NCBI GenBank assembly: GCA_036770925.1 | Contig: DAIPIF010000001.1 | Coordinates: forward strand, 1-32,009 | DNA length: 32,009 nt | Direction of reading: 5' to 3' | Source: Psychrobacter sp. | Lineage (GTDB): Bacteria > Pseudomonadota > Gammaproteobacteria > Pseudomonadales > Moraxellaceae | Shown here: positions 17,760 through 27,947 of the stretch, piece after piece | Layout of the letters: every line of letters starts with the position of its first letter | How positions within the stretch are numbered: the stretch's first letter is position 1 | Notes under the pieces: model-generated | Told to the model about the DNA's origin: nothing | The model's input: the letters and a program-made list of their open reading frames with translations, nothing else | Databases searched by the model: none | Translations under genes and position numbers: made by a program

Positions 17760-18647
17760 ATGCCTGAATTACCCGAAGTTGAAACCACAAAAACCAGCTT
17801 AAAGCCTTTATTAGGGCAAAAAGTCGCTGCCGTACAAGTCTTTCAGCCCAAGCTACGCTGGCAGATGCCTGATGATTTAAATCGCTTAGTCGGTTACCGC
17901 CTGCACACCGTTGAGCGCCGTGCCAAGTATCTTATCGCCACTTTTAGCACGACTGACGAGATAACACAGGCACTTTTGACCCACCAACTCATCATACATT
18001 TAGGCATGTCAGGCAGTTTACAGCAGCACGCCTATGCCAGCGAGAAGCGTAAACATGACCATCTGCTCTTAATCTTTCAGGATGCTAGCGGCGTACAGAC
18101 GCAGCTGCATTATCATGACCCAAGGCGTTTTGGCGCGGTGCTCTGGCATCAAGATTATAGCGCTAAGCTCCTCAATCATTTGGGTCCTGAACCACTATCG
18201 AGCGCATTTAGTACGGATTATTTATACGCTCTCATTCAGCGCAGCGCCGATATCCAGCAAGGCTCAAAAAAACGCCCTATCACTAAAGCGATTAAATCCG
18301 TCATTATGGAGCAGCAAATCGTCGTCGGTGTGGGTAATATTTACGCCACAGAAAGCCTATATTTAGCCGGCATTCACCCCGCCACACCTGCAAATCAGCT
18401 TACTTATGAGCACATTGATTTATTAGTGCAACATATCAAGGTTATTTTGGATAAAGCCATCGCACTAGGTGGCTCAACGCTACGTGACTTTACCGTAGCC
18501 AGTGGACAAACCGGCTACTTTCAGCAAACCCTCAATGTCTATGGTAAGCAGGGACAAGCGTGCCCGCACTGTGCCACGACTTTAGAGAATATAAAACTAA
18601 ACGGACGCGCGAGTGTCTATTGCCCAAGCTGTCAGCCCTTACCTTAA
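17760..18647 (+). CDS. mutM: Formamidopyrimidine-DNA glycosylase
   Basis: Catalytic N-terminus MPELPEVE fixes the start at 17760; HLGMSG, DPRRFG, GVGNIYA, zinc finger CPHC...CPSC. Confidence 0.97.
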   Translation: MPELPEVETTKTSLKPLLGQKVAAVQVFQPKLRWQMPDDLNRLVGYRLHTVERRAKYLIATFSTTDEITQALLTHQLIIHLGMSGSLQQHAYASEKRKHDHLLLIFQDASGVQTQLHYHDPRRFGAVLWHQDYSAKLLNHLGPEPLSSAFSTDYLYALIQRSADIQQGSKKRPITKAIKSVIMEQQIVVGVGNIYATESLYLAGIHPATPANQLTYEHIDLLVQHIKVILDKAIALGGSTLRDFTVASGQTGYFQQTLNVYGKQGQACPHCATTLENIKLNGRASVYCPSCQPLP

Positions 18648-18812
18648 AAAGGATATACGCCGATTTTTGTGCCTATTTTAAGCGCCTTATCTGCATTTAT
18701 GTTGCTTATCAACGCTCATCTTGCTTTAATGGTTATTATAATCGCAAACCTCTCATCACCACTTTACTATAGCGCCATTGCCCATCGCGCTTACGTTTTT
18801 TAGGACATTATT

Positions 18813-19256
18813 ATGACTGTTAACCCCAAGCCTCAGCGCAGCATGAAACATAAACTGGCAACCGCCCTCATTAGCGCCAGTCTTATCGCTGCCGTGATGC
18901 AACCCGCCTCAGCAGCAATAGAGATTAATGAGACTGATTTTGGTCCCTCTTACGAAACCATGGCAGTGGATACCGCAGTAGGTAAACCATTACAGCTCCT
19001 CAATGCAGTCGCCGGCACTGCCTTATACCTCGTCAGCCTACCTTTCTCCCTTATCGGAGGTAATGCCGATCAAGCTCAGCAAAAATTATTCGTTGAGCCT
19101 TGGGATGCGATGGCACGCTGTTTAGGCTGCACTGTTGCTGAAGATAATTATTATAAATCACAAGTCACCAATGACAACCTCGTCCGCATCGTCGTTGATC
19201 AGCCCTCAGAGATTCTGATTAACACCAATGATTATGTGATAGTCAGTCAGCCTTAA
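18813..19256 (+). CDS. Conserved hypothetical exported/membrane protein
   Basis: SD TAGGA; signal-peptide-like N-terminus ending ASA|A; hydrophobic GTALYLVSLPFSLIGG; CLGC; followed by a strong terminator. Confidence 0.8.
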   Translation: MTVNPKPQRSMKHKLATALISASLIAAVMQPASAAIEINETDFGPSYETMAVDTAVGKPLQLLNAVAGTALYLVSLPFSLIGGNADQAQQKLFVEPWDAMARCLGCTVAEDNYYKSQVTNDNLVRIVVDQPSEILINTNDYVIVSQP

Positions 19257-19274
19257 CCTCTAACATCATAAAAC

Positions 19275-19309
19275 AAAGAGGGCTAACATTTATAATGTTA
19301 GCCCTCTTT
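19275..19309. terminator. Bidirectional terminator between the convergent hypothetical gene and mscL
   Basis: Perfect 16-bp inverted repeat AAAGAGGGCTAACATT-TAT-AATGTTAGCCCTCTTT. Confidence 0.85.
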
Positions 19310-19371
19310 ATGATAAGTATCTTACCCCAAAATAAGCACGCTCAAATCGAACCTATTATAGTAATACCCCT

Positions 19372-19821
19372 TTATTTTGTAAGATTACTATTACTCAGCT
19401 TACTACTAATCTCACGAAGTAACATAACCTCTTCTGAAGGCACCTCCACCGTCTCTTCTACTATCGCTTCGTCCTCACGACGTAATTTATTCACCATTTT
19501 GACCATCATAAAGATGATAAATGCTAAGATTAAAAAGTTAATTAGCACCGTTATAAAACTACCATAGGCTAATATAGGAACGCCCGCTTCTTTTAAGGCA
19601 TCATAAGTTCTAGCAACCCCTTCAGGGGCATCGCCTAAGACAATAAACATGTTTTTAAAATTGATTTCGCCACCAGCGATAAAGGCAACAATGGGCATCA
19701 TAATATCTTCAACCAGTGATGTCGTAATGGTAGCAAACGCGCCACCAATGATGACACCGACCGCTAAGTCCATCACATTACCTTTTATAGCAAACTCTTT
19801 AAACTCAGAAACCATACTCAT
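19372..19821 (-). CDS. mscL: Large-conductance mechanosensitive channel
   Basis: EFKEFAIKGNVMDLAVGVIIGGAF, YGSFITVLINFLI, LLREI; ATG at 19821 preceded by GGAG. Confidence 0.97.
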   Translation of the reverse strand: MSMVSEFKEFAIKGNVMDLAVGVIIGGAFATITTSLVEDIMMPIVAFIAGGEINFKNMFIVLGDAPEGVARTYDALKEAGVPILAYGSFITVLINFLILAFIIFMMVKMVNKLRREDEAIVEETVEVPSEEVMLLREISSKLSNSNLTK

Positions 19822-19884
19822 AGTGCTCACTCCGCAAAAATTTTATCTATGATACTATTCATTACATATATATAGGCTAATCGT

Positions 19885-19931
19885 AAAAAAGCAGTATAGA
19901 GCAAACTATATTTAGCTTACTCTATACTGCT
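19885..19931 (-). terminator. Rho-independent terminator of typA
   Basis: Minus strand: AGCAGTATAGAGTAAGCTA-AATA-TAGTTTGCTCTATACTGCT then a T run; 19-bp stem whose two G-U pairs work only on the minus strand. Confidence 0.85.
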
Positions 19932-19950
19932 CATCGTCCTTTTATCACAA

Positions 19951-19976
19951 CGCGCATAAAAATACTTTTATGCGCG
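19951..19976. repeat. Perfect 11-bp inverted repeat in the typA 3' region
   Basis: CGCGCATAAAA-ATAC-TTTTATGCGCG. Confidence 0.75.
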
Positions 19977-20034
19977 CCAAATACCTCAGTTATTTCAAAT
20001 AAAATAAATTATCGAAATAATTTATGAGTCGATA

Positions 20035-21882
20035 TTAAGCACCTTTCTTACGACCATGACGCTTACGCTCATTTTCTGTCAAATAGCGCTTACGCAGACG
20101 AATCGCTTTTGGTGTCACTTCAACCAACTCATCATCTTGAATAAATTCAAGCGCTTGCTCAAGGGTAAACTTGATAGCAGGCGTCAGAGTCAACGCTTCA
20201 TCAGTACCACTCGCACGGACGTTAGTCAGCTGCTTAGCCGTCGTTGGGTTAACCACCATATCATCGTTACGTGAGTTCAGACCAACAATCATACCTTCAT
20301 AAACTTCAAGCTGCGGCTCTGCAAACATTTTGCCACGTTTTTGTAGGTTAAATAAGGCAAAACCTAAGCAAACACCTTTTGCCATTGATACGAGTACACC
20401 GTTAGCACGACCGCCAACATCACCAATCTTCTGTGGACCATAATGCGAGAAGCTTGAGGTTAAAATACCCGTACCTGACGTTAGAGTCAAGAACTCAGAG
20501 CGGAAACCAATCAACCCACGCGCAGGCATCGTCGCTTCAATACGCATACGACCTTTACCATCGAGTTGCATATTGGTCATCTCGCCTTTACGCAGACCCA
20601 CTTGCTCCATGATAGAGCCTTGATGCTGCTCTTCGATATCAAAGATAACGTTTTCATAGGGTTCTTGGAGCTTGCCATCGACTTCTTTAACGATAACTTC
20701 TGGACCTGATACCCCAAGCTCAAAACCTTCACGGCGCATATTTTCGATAAGTACCGACAGATGTAGCTCACCACGACCTGATACTTTAAATTTATCAGGA
20801 GACTCAGTATCTTCTACACGTAGTGCCACGTTATGAATCAGCTCACGCTCTAGACGCTCACGAATATTACGTGAGGTCACAAACTTACCTTCGCGACCTG
20901 CGAACGGTGAGTTATTCACCTGAAAGTTCATCGATACCGTTGGCTCATCGACGGTTAACGGTGGCAGTGCTTCAACATGGTTAGGATCACAAATCGTATC
21001 CGAGATGTTTAGCGCATCGATACCGGTAATACAGATAATATCGCCCGCTTGTGCATCCTCAACATCGATACGATCTAGACCATGATAGCCCATGATTTTT
21101 AGGATACGACCATTACGCGTTTTGCCTTCTTTATCAACGATAGTCACAGGCGTATTGGTTTTTACTCTACCGCGCTGGATACGACCAACCCCGATAACCC
21201 CAACAAAGCTATTATAATCAAGGCTGGAGATTTGCATGCGGAATGGCGCATCGGCATCCACTTGTGGCGGCTGTACCACATCAACGATGGTTTTGAACAG
21301 CGGCGTCATATCTTCAGCGAGATTATCTGCCTCTAAACCAGCAATACCGTTCAATGCAGAAGCATAAACGATTGGAAAATCAAGCTGCTCATCGGTTGCG
21401 CCTAAGTTATCGAACAAATCAAAGATTTGATCCATAACCCAATCAGGGCGTGAACCCGGACGGTCGATTTTATTAATCACCACAATCGGCTTTAGACCTT
21501 GCTCAAACGCTTTTTGAGTCACAAAGCGCGTTTGCGGCATAGGACCATCGACACCATCAACCACGAGTAATACGCAGTCAACCATTGACATAACACGCTC
21601 AACTTCGCCGCCAAAGTCGGCGTGACCTGGGGTATCGACAATATTGATACGGTATTCAGTACCATCCGTATCGTCTGTCCAACGGATAGCGGTGTTTTTT
21701 GCCAAAATGGTAATACCACGCTCTTGCTCAATATCACCTGAATCCATTGCACGTTCTGCAACGTTGGCACGGTCGCCAAAAGTACCTGATTGATGCAATA
21801 ATTTATCAACTAATGTGGTTTTGCCGTGGTCAACGTGGGCAATGATTGCAATATTACGCAAGTGTTTAATGTCGTTCGCCAT
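20035..21882 (-). CDS. typA: Translational GTPase TypA/BipA
   Basis: [63 protein letters not shown]. Confidence 0.98.
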   Translation of the reverse strand: MANDIKHLRNIAIIAHVDHGKTTLVDKLLHQSGTFGDRANVAERAMDSGDIEQERGITILAKNTAIRWTDDTDGTEYRINIVDTPGHADFGGEVERVMSMVDCVLLVVDGVDGPMPQTRFVTQKAFEQGLKPIVVINKIDRPGSRPDWVMDQIFDLFDNLGATDEQLDFPIVYASALNGIAGLEADNLAEDMTPLFKTIVDVVQPPQVDADAPFRMQISSLDYNSFVGVIGVGRIQRGRVKTNTPVTIVDKEGKTRNGRILKIMGYHGLDRIDVEDAQAGDIICITGIDALNISDTICDPNHVEALPPLTVDEPTVSMNFQVNNSPFAGREGKFVTSRNIRERLERELIHNVALRVEDTESPDKFKVSGRGELHLSVLIENMRREGFELGVSGPEVIVKEVDGKLQEPYENVIFDIEEQHQGSIMEQVGLRKGEMTNMQLDGKGRMRIEATMPARGLIGFRSEFLTLTSGTGILTSSFSHYGPQKIGDVGGRANGVLVSMAKGVCLGFALFNLQKRGKMFAEPQLEVYEGMIVGLNSRNDDMVVNPTTAKQLTNVRASGTDEALTLTPAIKFTLEQALEFIQDDELVEVTPKAIRLRKRYLTENERKRHGRKKGA

Positions 21883-22133
21883 ATAAAATGCTCGTTTCGT
21901 CTTAAAAAAATACAGTAGCTCTAAGCGCCTTTGGATAAGCTGTCATCATCAATCAGCAATATACTTTCAGCAACATACTTTTATTCGATACTTAAATGCA
22001 GGCACCAATCGTGCGCTGAATAAGCACCTCTGATAAAAAGTCACAATAACTATAAAATTTATACTGATAAATCCATCGTACATTTAGCGGTGCTAGTGCA
22101 CACTTCGTCAATTTACAAAGTGTTTGGGCGGCT

Positions 22134-22142
22134 AGTATAACA
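22134..22142 (-). promoter_or_regulatory. Extended -10 promoter for typA with GC-rich discriminator
   Basis: Minus strand TGTTATACT followed by AGCCGCCC. Confidence 0.5.
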
Positions 22143-22214
22143 TTATTACACTATAAATTTGTGTAATAACTTATTTTTATAAGGATTTATCTCATAAATA
22201 TTTTGTAGCCACAC

Positions 22215-22243
22215 AAAAAAAGCCACCCGTAGGTGACTTTTTT
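22215..22243 (-). terminator. Rho-independent terminator of ompA
   Basis: Minus strand AAAAAA-GTCACC-TACG-GGTGGC-TTTTTTT (cUACGg tetraloop, 7 U). Confidence 0.92.
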
Positions 22244-22294
22244 CATCATATTATTGGTCAATCATTAACGCTGATTGAGGCAATAAGCTCTGAT

Positions 22295-23575
22295 TTACTG
22301 AACAACCATATCTTTAGTTTGTTCAACAGTCATCGTTTTGTCACCAGTGATGATGGCATAAACACGACGGTTCATAGCGCGACCTTCTTCAGTGTTGTTG
22401 TCTGCGATTGGACGGTCATAACCGTAACCAACGGTTGATAGACGGTTTGGTGCGATACCAAATTCGTTAGTCAACATAGACTTAACCGCTACTGCACGAG
22501 CTTCTGATAGACGTTGGTTATAACGTGCTGATGGACCAGTTTTCGAAGCATGACCTTCAACGCGAGCGATAGAGTTTGGATACTCACGCATCTTCTCTGC
22601 TACTTTCGCAATTTCAGGCTGATACTGTGATTTGATAGCTGATTTATCGTTATCAAAGAAGACACGTAGCTCCATTTTTAGCTCATCGATGATATCGACG
22701 TCTACTGGGCAACCGCGCTCATCGACTACGATATTCATCGGCGTGCCTGGGCACTGATCGATACTATCAGGTACACCATCACCGTCAGAATCAAGATCTT
22801 CTTCTACTGGTACCACAACTACTGGTGGTACCACTACTGATGGTGCTTGTGGCTCTAGCATCGGTGGAACGGCTACTGTTGGTGCTAAGTGACCACCAAG
22901 TACCACTTCTAGACCGGCTAATGCCATGCCTTCCCACCAGTTGTTATCGAAGTTGTGGATAGCACGGGCTTCACCACGTAGGCTGATAGCATCATTGATA
23001 CGATACATCGCACCTAGACCTAGGTTACCGATAGTGTCTTTAGTTTCTGATACTTCAGAACCAGCTGCGATAGGACCAACTGGGTTAGCATTAGTCGCAT
23101 AACCTGAAGTGTAAGCGTCTTTAGTCTCTACTTTAATTTTTGACTGACCAGCACCAATTAGAGCGTAAGGTTTGAACGCGCTGTCTGTATAACCGCTGAA
23201 CTCTTCAAAGCCGATTAAGAAGTTACCAGAGATCATTTCTTGTTCGACATCGAAACGATCGCCTTTAGTGCCATCTAAGCTCTGACCATCAGTATTTGAT
23301 ACGCCATACTCAACTTGGAACTGAGTAGAAGGAGTTAGCTCGATACCTAGTGCAGCACCAGTATATAGACCATCTTTTTTATAGATACCGTCAGAATAGC
23401 CTTTCAGAGGTGTACTTGTATCCTGACCAGATTTTAGTAACTCATTCTGTTCTTTGTCAGCGCCTTCGCTGTAGTGATAACCAAGTAGCAATGGGCTGAT
23501 AGTAACACCAGCATTAGCCGCTAATGGTGCAGCAGTTACTGCAAATAAAGCTAGAGCAATTTTATTCAATTTCAT
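22295..23575 (-). CDS. ompA: Major OmpA-family outer-membrane protein (OMP CD/OprF-like)
   Basis: Signal peptide ANA|G, beta-barrel domain, Pro/Val linker, Ca-binding-type DSDGDGVPDSIDQCPGTP, OmpA-C motifs YNQRLSEARA and GRAMNRRV; SD GGAGG; strongly biased codons. Confidence 0.95.
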   Translation of the reverse strand: MKLNKIALALFAVTAAPLAANAGVTISPLLLGYHYSEGADKEQNELLKSGQDTSTPLKGYSDGIYKKDGLYTGAALGIELTPSTQFQVEYGVSNTDGQSLDGTKGDRFDVEQEMISGNFLIGFEEFSGYTDSAFKPYALIGAGQSKIKVETKDAYTSGYATNANPVGPIAAGSEVSETKDTIGNLGLGAMYRINDAISLRGEARAIHNFDNNWWEGMALAGLEVVLGGHLAPTVAVPPMLEPQAPSVVVPPVVVVPVEEDLDSDGDGVPDSIDQCPGTPMNIVVDERGCPVDVDIIDELKMELRVFFDNDKSAIKSQYQPEIAKVAEKMREYPNSIARVEGHASKTGPSARYNQRLSEARAVAVKSMLTNEFGIAPNRLSTVGYGYDRPIADNNTEEGRAMNRRVYAIITGDKTMTVEQTKDMVVQ

Positions 23576-24273
23576 GGACTTCCTCCAAAGGATGATTTGA
23601 GTAATGCATTATGCAAGACTGTTTCCTAAGATGTACTAAAACCATACATCGTTTACGGATATATCATTATACAGCAAAACTAGTTAGGGAGTAGCTTAGC
23701 GATTATCGATTTAGTTTACAACTTTTTTCGCCAAACAGCTACACATTATTACACGATAGTGTTGTAACAAGAACATATTTGCCGGCTTATATTACCAACA
23801 ACTCACCTAAGTTACACAGAGTACCTACTCACTATTTATGTCAATATTGGTTATCAGGAGACTGTCACTATCGATAAACGGGATAAATAGTGGGGTTTTT
23901 ATGTCTTATGACATATTCTAATACAATTTATTTTTTTTCTCTATTGCAAAAACCCAACGTTCACTAATAGAAACAAATTTTGACAGTCACGTTATATTCT
24001 GTTGATAGTCGATAGCGTCCGTTCAAAGTAACATGGTTATCCATTTAAACTTAAACGCGCTACTGGGATAAATTTTACTGGCGGGCGATCACAGAGGCGG
24101 CGCAACATTCATCTCAGCAGCGCTGTCTCATTTTTAGAGTGACTCGACTATATTATGCCGATTATTTTCTAATGGCAGGATATTTATAGTAATTTATTTA
24201 ACATTAGTGGGGTATTTAAGAGGATAATGATTTTTGGGCGGATAATGGGTTTAAAGGTCGCCATTTAGCAAAA

Positions 24274-24987
24274 ATGAGTGACTCGAAATCACCTAAAACT
24301 ACCTATAGGTCACGACTATTAATGAATATGTCACCGCAGATTTCTACTCTAGTGCCGCCGCTCACGGTAGCGGTCGCCATACCCTTAACACTTGCCTATG
24401 CACCTGAGGCGCTGACGCTGCTTGATAGTCCTACCGTTATCAATAATGCTTATGCGATGAATCTTTATGGCTTTACACTGGTAGAGCTGATAGTGACGGT
24501 GCTCGTTATCGCTATTATAGCGACTTTTGCGGTTCCTGCTATTATGACTCAATTGGCGAGGATGGAGGCGAAGCGCGTCCGTTATGAGTTGATCAATACT
24601 CTGACCGAGGCTAAGTCTGAGAGTTTCGTTAGACGTCAAGATTTATTATTGTGTTTATCAGATGCTAATGGGCGCTGTCATAAAGATAGTACGGAGAGTG
24701 TGCTGCTATTTATAGATAATAATGCCAATTATCATTTTGATGATGCTACGGATATTTTATTAGCCAAACAACGTTTGCACCCTAAATACGGTACGGTACA
24801 TTTGCGTGCCGGTAATCGCCATTATATTAAGTTTTGGGGTGATAGCGGGCAGCCGCGCGGATTTTTTGGTCATATTAAGTACTGCCCCACCTCCATCTAT
24901 AATACAGCGATGTATCAAGTCTCATTTAGTCAGATAGGGCGCATTAAGTATAAGCCTAATGAGAGTCATCCTACTGACTGTCTATGA
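24274..24987 (+). CDS. fimT: FimT/GspH-family type IV minor pilin
   Basis: Prepilin motif G|FTLVELIV...FAVP, AKSES, paired cysteines, C-terminal GRIK. Start uncertain (24274 vs ATG 24457 just before the cleavage site). Confidence 0.8.
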   Translation: MSDSKSPKTTYRSRLLMNMSPQISTLVPPLTVAVAIPLTLAYAPEALTLLDSPTVINNAYAMNLYGFTLVELIVTVLVIAIIATFAVPAIMTQLARMEAKRVRYELINTLTEAKSESFVRRQDLLLCLSDANGRCHKDSTESVLLFIDNNANYHFDDATDILLAKQRLHPKYGTVHLRAGNRHYIKFWGDSGQPRGFFGHIKYCPTSIYNTAMYQVSFSQIGRIKYKPNESHPTDCL

Positions 24988-25018
24988 GGATGGGGGTTAT
25001 AATGGCAGCAAAATAAAA

Positions 25019-25792
25019 CTATCGATGCATTGCCGCTTTCATCAGGGTCACAGCTTTTTCTAAGCCCACAAATACGGCATCAGCAATCAAGGCATGACCG
25101 ATATTAAGCTCATAAATACCGTCGATTTGGGCGATGGCATGGACATTATCACGGGTCAGACCGTGCCCTGCATTGACAAGCAGTTGCGGATTTGCCTGTT
25201 TGGCAAAAGCGACCGCATCGATGATACGCTGTAACTCCAATGCTTGCGCTGCATTATCTTGAGATAAGCCCGCTGTGGCATAAGTGCCCGTGTGCAGCTC
25301 TATGGCGTCAGCATGACAGGCAACGGCGGCGCTAATTTGGCTCTCGTCAGGGTCGATAAATAAAGACACCTTGATACCTGCCGCTTGTAGCTTATGGATA
25401 TAATCGCTCAACCATGCGCGTTGTCCTGCGACATCTAGTCCGCCTTCGGTGGTCAACTCTGCGCGTTTTTCAGGCACGAGACAGACCCAAAATGGTTGCA
25501 CTTCACAAGCAATCGCTAACATCTCTGCCGTCGCTGCCATCTCAAAGTTCAGACGAGTCGTCAGCTGCTGGGCGATGGCGTAAACATCAGCATCTTGAAT
25601 ATGTCGGCGGTCTTCCCGCAAATGCACGGTGATACCATCAGCGCCCGCTTGCTCACATAATAATGCCGCTGCTAATGGACTAGGATAATCGACCCCACGT
25701 GCTTGACGCAAGGTTGCCACATGATCGATATTAACCCCTAATAAAGGCGTTTGTGGTGATTTTTCGCTAAGGTTTACGGCTGAGAGAGTCAT
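25019..25792 (-). CDS. pdxJ: Pyridoxine 5'-phosphate synthase
   Basis: [46 protein letters not shown]. Confidence 0.98.
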   Translation of the reverse strand: MTLSAVNLSEKSPQTPLLGVNIDHVATLRQARGVDYPSPLAAALLCEQAGADGITVHLREDRRHIQDADVYAIAQQLTTRLNFEMAATAEMLAIACEVQPFWVCLVPEKRAELTTEGGLDVAGQRAWLSDYIHKLQAAGIKVSLFIDPDESQISAAVACHADAIELHTGTYATAGLSQDNAAQALELQRIIDAVAFAKQANPQLLVNAGHGLTRDNVHAIAQIDGIYELNIGHALIADAVFVGLEKAVTLMKAAMHR

Positions 25793-25861
25793 AAAAAATC
25801 CTTTTAGTCATCGGTTTATTTGGCATATAGTCAAAATATAGGCGGCACTGTGAGCTAATTT

Positions 25862-26629
25862 TTATTGGTAGCGCTGCTGCTGTTGCCATAATAGACGGCT
25901 TTGTAGCGGTTGATAATCCAGCAGATGGTCAATCAGTTGCCGATGCAGTCGCGACCCTGTCTTAAGAGTGCGCTGAGTGATACCTAGCGTCGCTATGTCA
26001 ATAAGCGCCGTCCCATTAAAGAGTGTTTGCAAGCTCGTCAATGTGCTCGTACTTGCTTGGTCAACACGCACCAAACCCATATCCGCTAAAAACTGATATT
26101 GAGCAGTAGGGTCAATAGCATTCAATGCATTATCATGAGTTAAGGTCAGCTCAAACCCTAATTGCTTAAATAAATGCTGCTCAAAACGCCGCAAACATAA
26201 GCGCAGGGCATCGGCAGCTAACGGCTGCTTCAGCTCAAGTATGCTGTTTTGGTAGTGCTGCCATAATATAGGTGCAGCATCCTCAGTGGGCAGTAATTTC
26301 CATAATATCTCGTTGAGATATAAGGCGGCATATTGCTGCTGACCGCTGATTTGCTGATAGCGCTGAGGCGGACGGGCGGATGGCTCACTGCCAGCGCTTT
26401 GCACAGCACTATCCACATAATTATCCCATGGCACGATATTTATTTGACTAAAGGTTTTTAAATCGCGTTTGCCGGTAGCAAACAGCTGCAAAGGCTCAAA
26501 TAAGGGCGCCCCTTTTTTGCCAATGCCGTGGATGACCCCATGCTGCTTAGAAAACAAATAGTACAGCGCGCGCTTTTCTTGATACGGGCGCTGATGTAAT
26601 AAATAACCCACTAACGGCTCATTACGCAT
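25862..26629 (-). CDS. recO: DNA repair protein RecO
   Basis: YLLHQRPYQE, LYLNEIL, LRRFEQHL..LGF, PLQSRLL; canonical position between era and pdxJ. Confidence 0.9.
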   Translation of the reverse strand: MRNEPLVGYLLHQRPYQEKRALYYLFSKQHGVIHGIGKKGAPLFEPLQLFATGKRDLKTFSQINIVPWDNYVDSAVQSAGSEPSARPPQRYQQISGQQQYAALYLNEILWKLLPTEDAAPILWQHYQNSILELKQPLAADALRLCLRRFEQHLFKQLGFELTLTHDNALNAIDPTAQYQFLADMGLVRVDQASTSTLTSLQTLFNGTALIDIATLGITQRTLKTGSRLHRQLIDHLLDYQPLQSRLLWQQQQRYQ

Positions 26630-26714
26630 GACGGATAACCTTAGCTATGATGCTGAGCGACTGAGCTTATGGATAGCCCTTAACCCTACCAACACACGAG
26701 CCGCGATAGGCTAA

Positions 26715-27869
26715 TTAATAGCCCAAACTGGTCAAAGCACGCTCATCATCAGACCAACCCCGTTTGACTTTTACCCATAAGGTGAGCATGATTTTTTTGT
26801 CAAACAATTGCTCCATATCTTTACGCGCATCCATGCCCACTTGCTTGATACGTTGACCTTTATCACCAATCACGATGGCTTTTTGACCGCCGCGCTCGAC
26901 ATAAATGGTCGCATCAATAAAGGTGACCGCTTTACGTGGACGTCCTGTTTTTGGGTCAGTATGAGCCGGCTCATCTTTAAAGGCGTCAATTTGTACGGTT
27001 AAATCATAAGGGACTTCGTCACCGGCACTGCGCATGATTTTTTCGCGAATGATTTCACTGGCCAAAAAACGCTCTGAGCGATCGGTGATTTGCTCAGTGT
27101 CATAAATGGGGTCGGCAACGGGCAGGTGTGAGGCGATAACCTGTTGCAGGCGCTCAAGGTTCTGGTTCTTTAGTGCCGATACTGGAACGATATCAGCAAA
27201 ATCAAAGCTGGCGCTAAAGGTCTCAATCAGTGGCAATAGCGCGCCTTTATCCTTTAGGGTATCGGCTTTGTTAATCACAAGTACCACGGTCAAATCGGTG
27301 TTACCCAGTTTTTGCAGGGTTAATAAATCATCGTCACGCCACTGATCAGAATCCACCACAAACAGCACCAAATCTACATCAACCAATGCTGACACTGCCG
27401 CTTTATTCATGCGCTCATTGATAGCACGCACTTCATTACGGTGAATACCAGGGGTATCGACAAACACCGCTTGCATCTCATCATTGGACAAAATACCGTG
27501 AATACGGTGCCGCGTGGTTTGCGGTTTGCGTGAGGTAATAGACAGCTTTTGACCGAGCATGTGGTTCATCAAGGTGGATTTACCGACATTCGGACGCCCA
27601 ACAATAGCGACATAGCCGGTTTTAAAACCATCTGCTTGCACAGGGTTACTGCTTGGCGCAAAAAATGCTTCGATAGCGCTATCATTTTCACTATCACTAT
27701 CATGGTCATTATCAAGGTTTGCATTATTTTCTAGTGGCGCATTATCCACAGGCTCAGCGACTGGCGTGATATCAAGCTCAGCGGCGAGGGCTTCTGTAGG
27801 CGTGCTTGTATCTATATTTGCACTGATATCTGTCTGTGCAGCTGTATTTATATCTGTATTTTTAGTCAT
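26715..27869 (-). CDS. era: GTPase Era
   Basis: GRPNVGKSTL, SRKPQTTR, DTPG, NKAD, KH domain IVIGDKG; start probably the ATG at 27869 (ORF track starts at GTG 27917). Confidence 0.96.
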   Translation of the reverse strand: MTKNTDINTAAQTDISANIDTSTPTEALAAELDITPVAEPVDNAPLENNANLDNDHDSDSENDSAIEAFFAPSSNPVQADGFKTGYVAIVGRPNVGKSTLMNHMLGQKLSITSRKPQTTRHRIHGILSNDEMQAVFVDTPGIHRNEVRAINERMNKAAVSALVDVDLVLFVVDSDQWRDDDLLTLQKLGNTDLTVVLVINKADTLKDKGALLPLIETFSASFDFADIVPVSALKNQNLERLQQVIASHLPVADPIYDTEQITDRSERFLASEIIREKIMRSAGDEVPYDLTVQIDAFKDEPAHTDPKTGRPRKAVTFIDATIYVERGGQKAIVIGDKGQRIKQVGMDARKDMEQLFDKKIMLTLWVKVKRGWSDDERALTSLGY

Positions 27870-27947
27870 ATGATTGGCATTATCTTTATAGTTAAATAGC
27901 AAGGCGGTGAGTGCCACTGCTAATAAATGGTTCGAGAATTCTCGTAT

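Noticed and set aside
19295..19852. AT-rich mscL region and its antisense ORFs as a horizontally acquired or overlapping gene
   Set aside because: Ordinary mscL, no mobility signatures; the antisense ORFs have no motifs.
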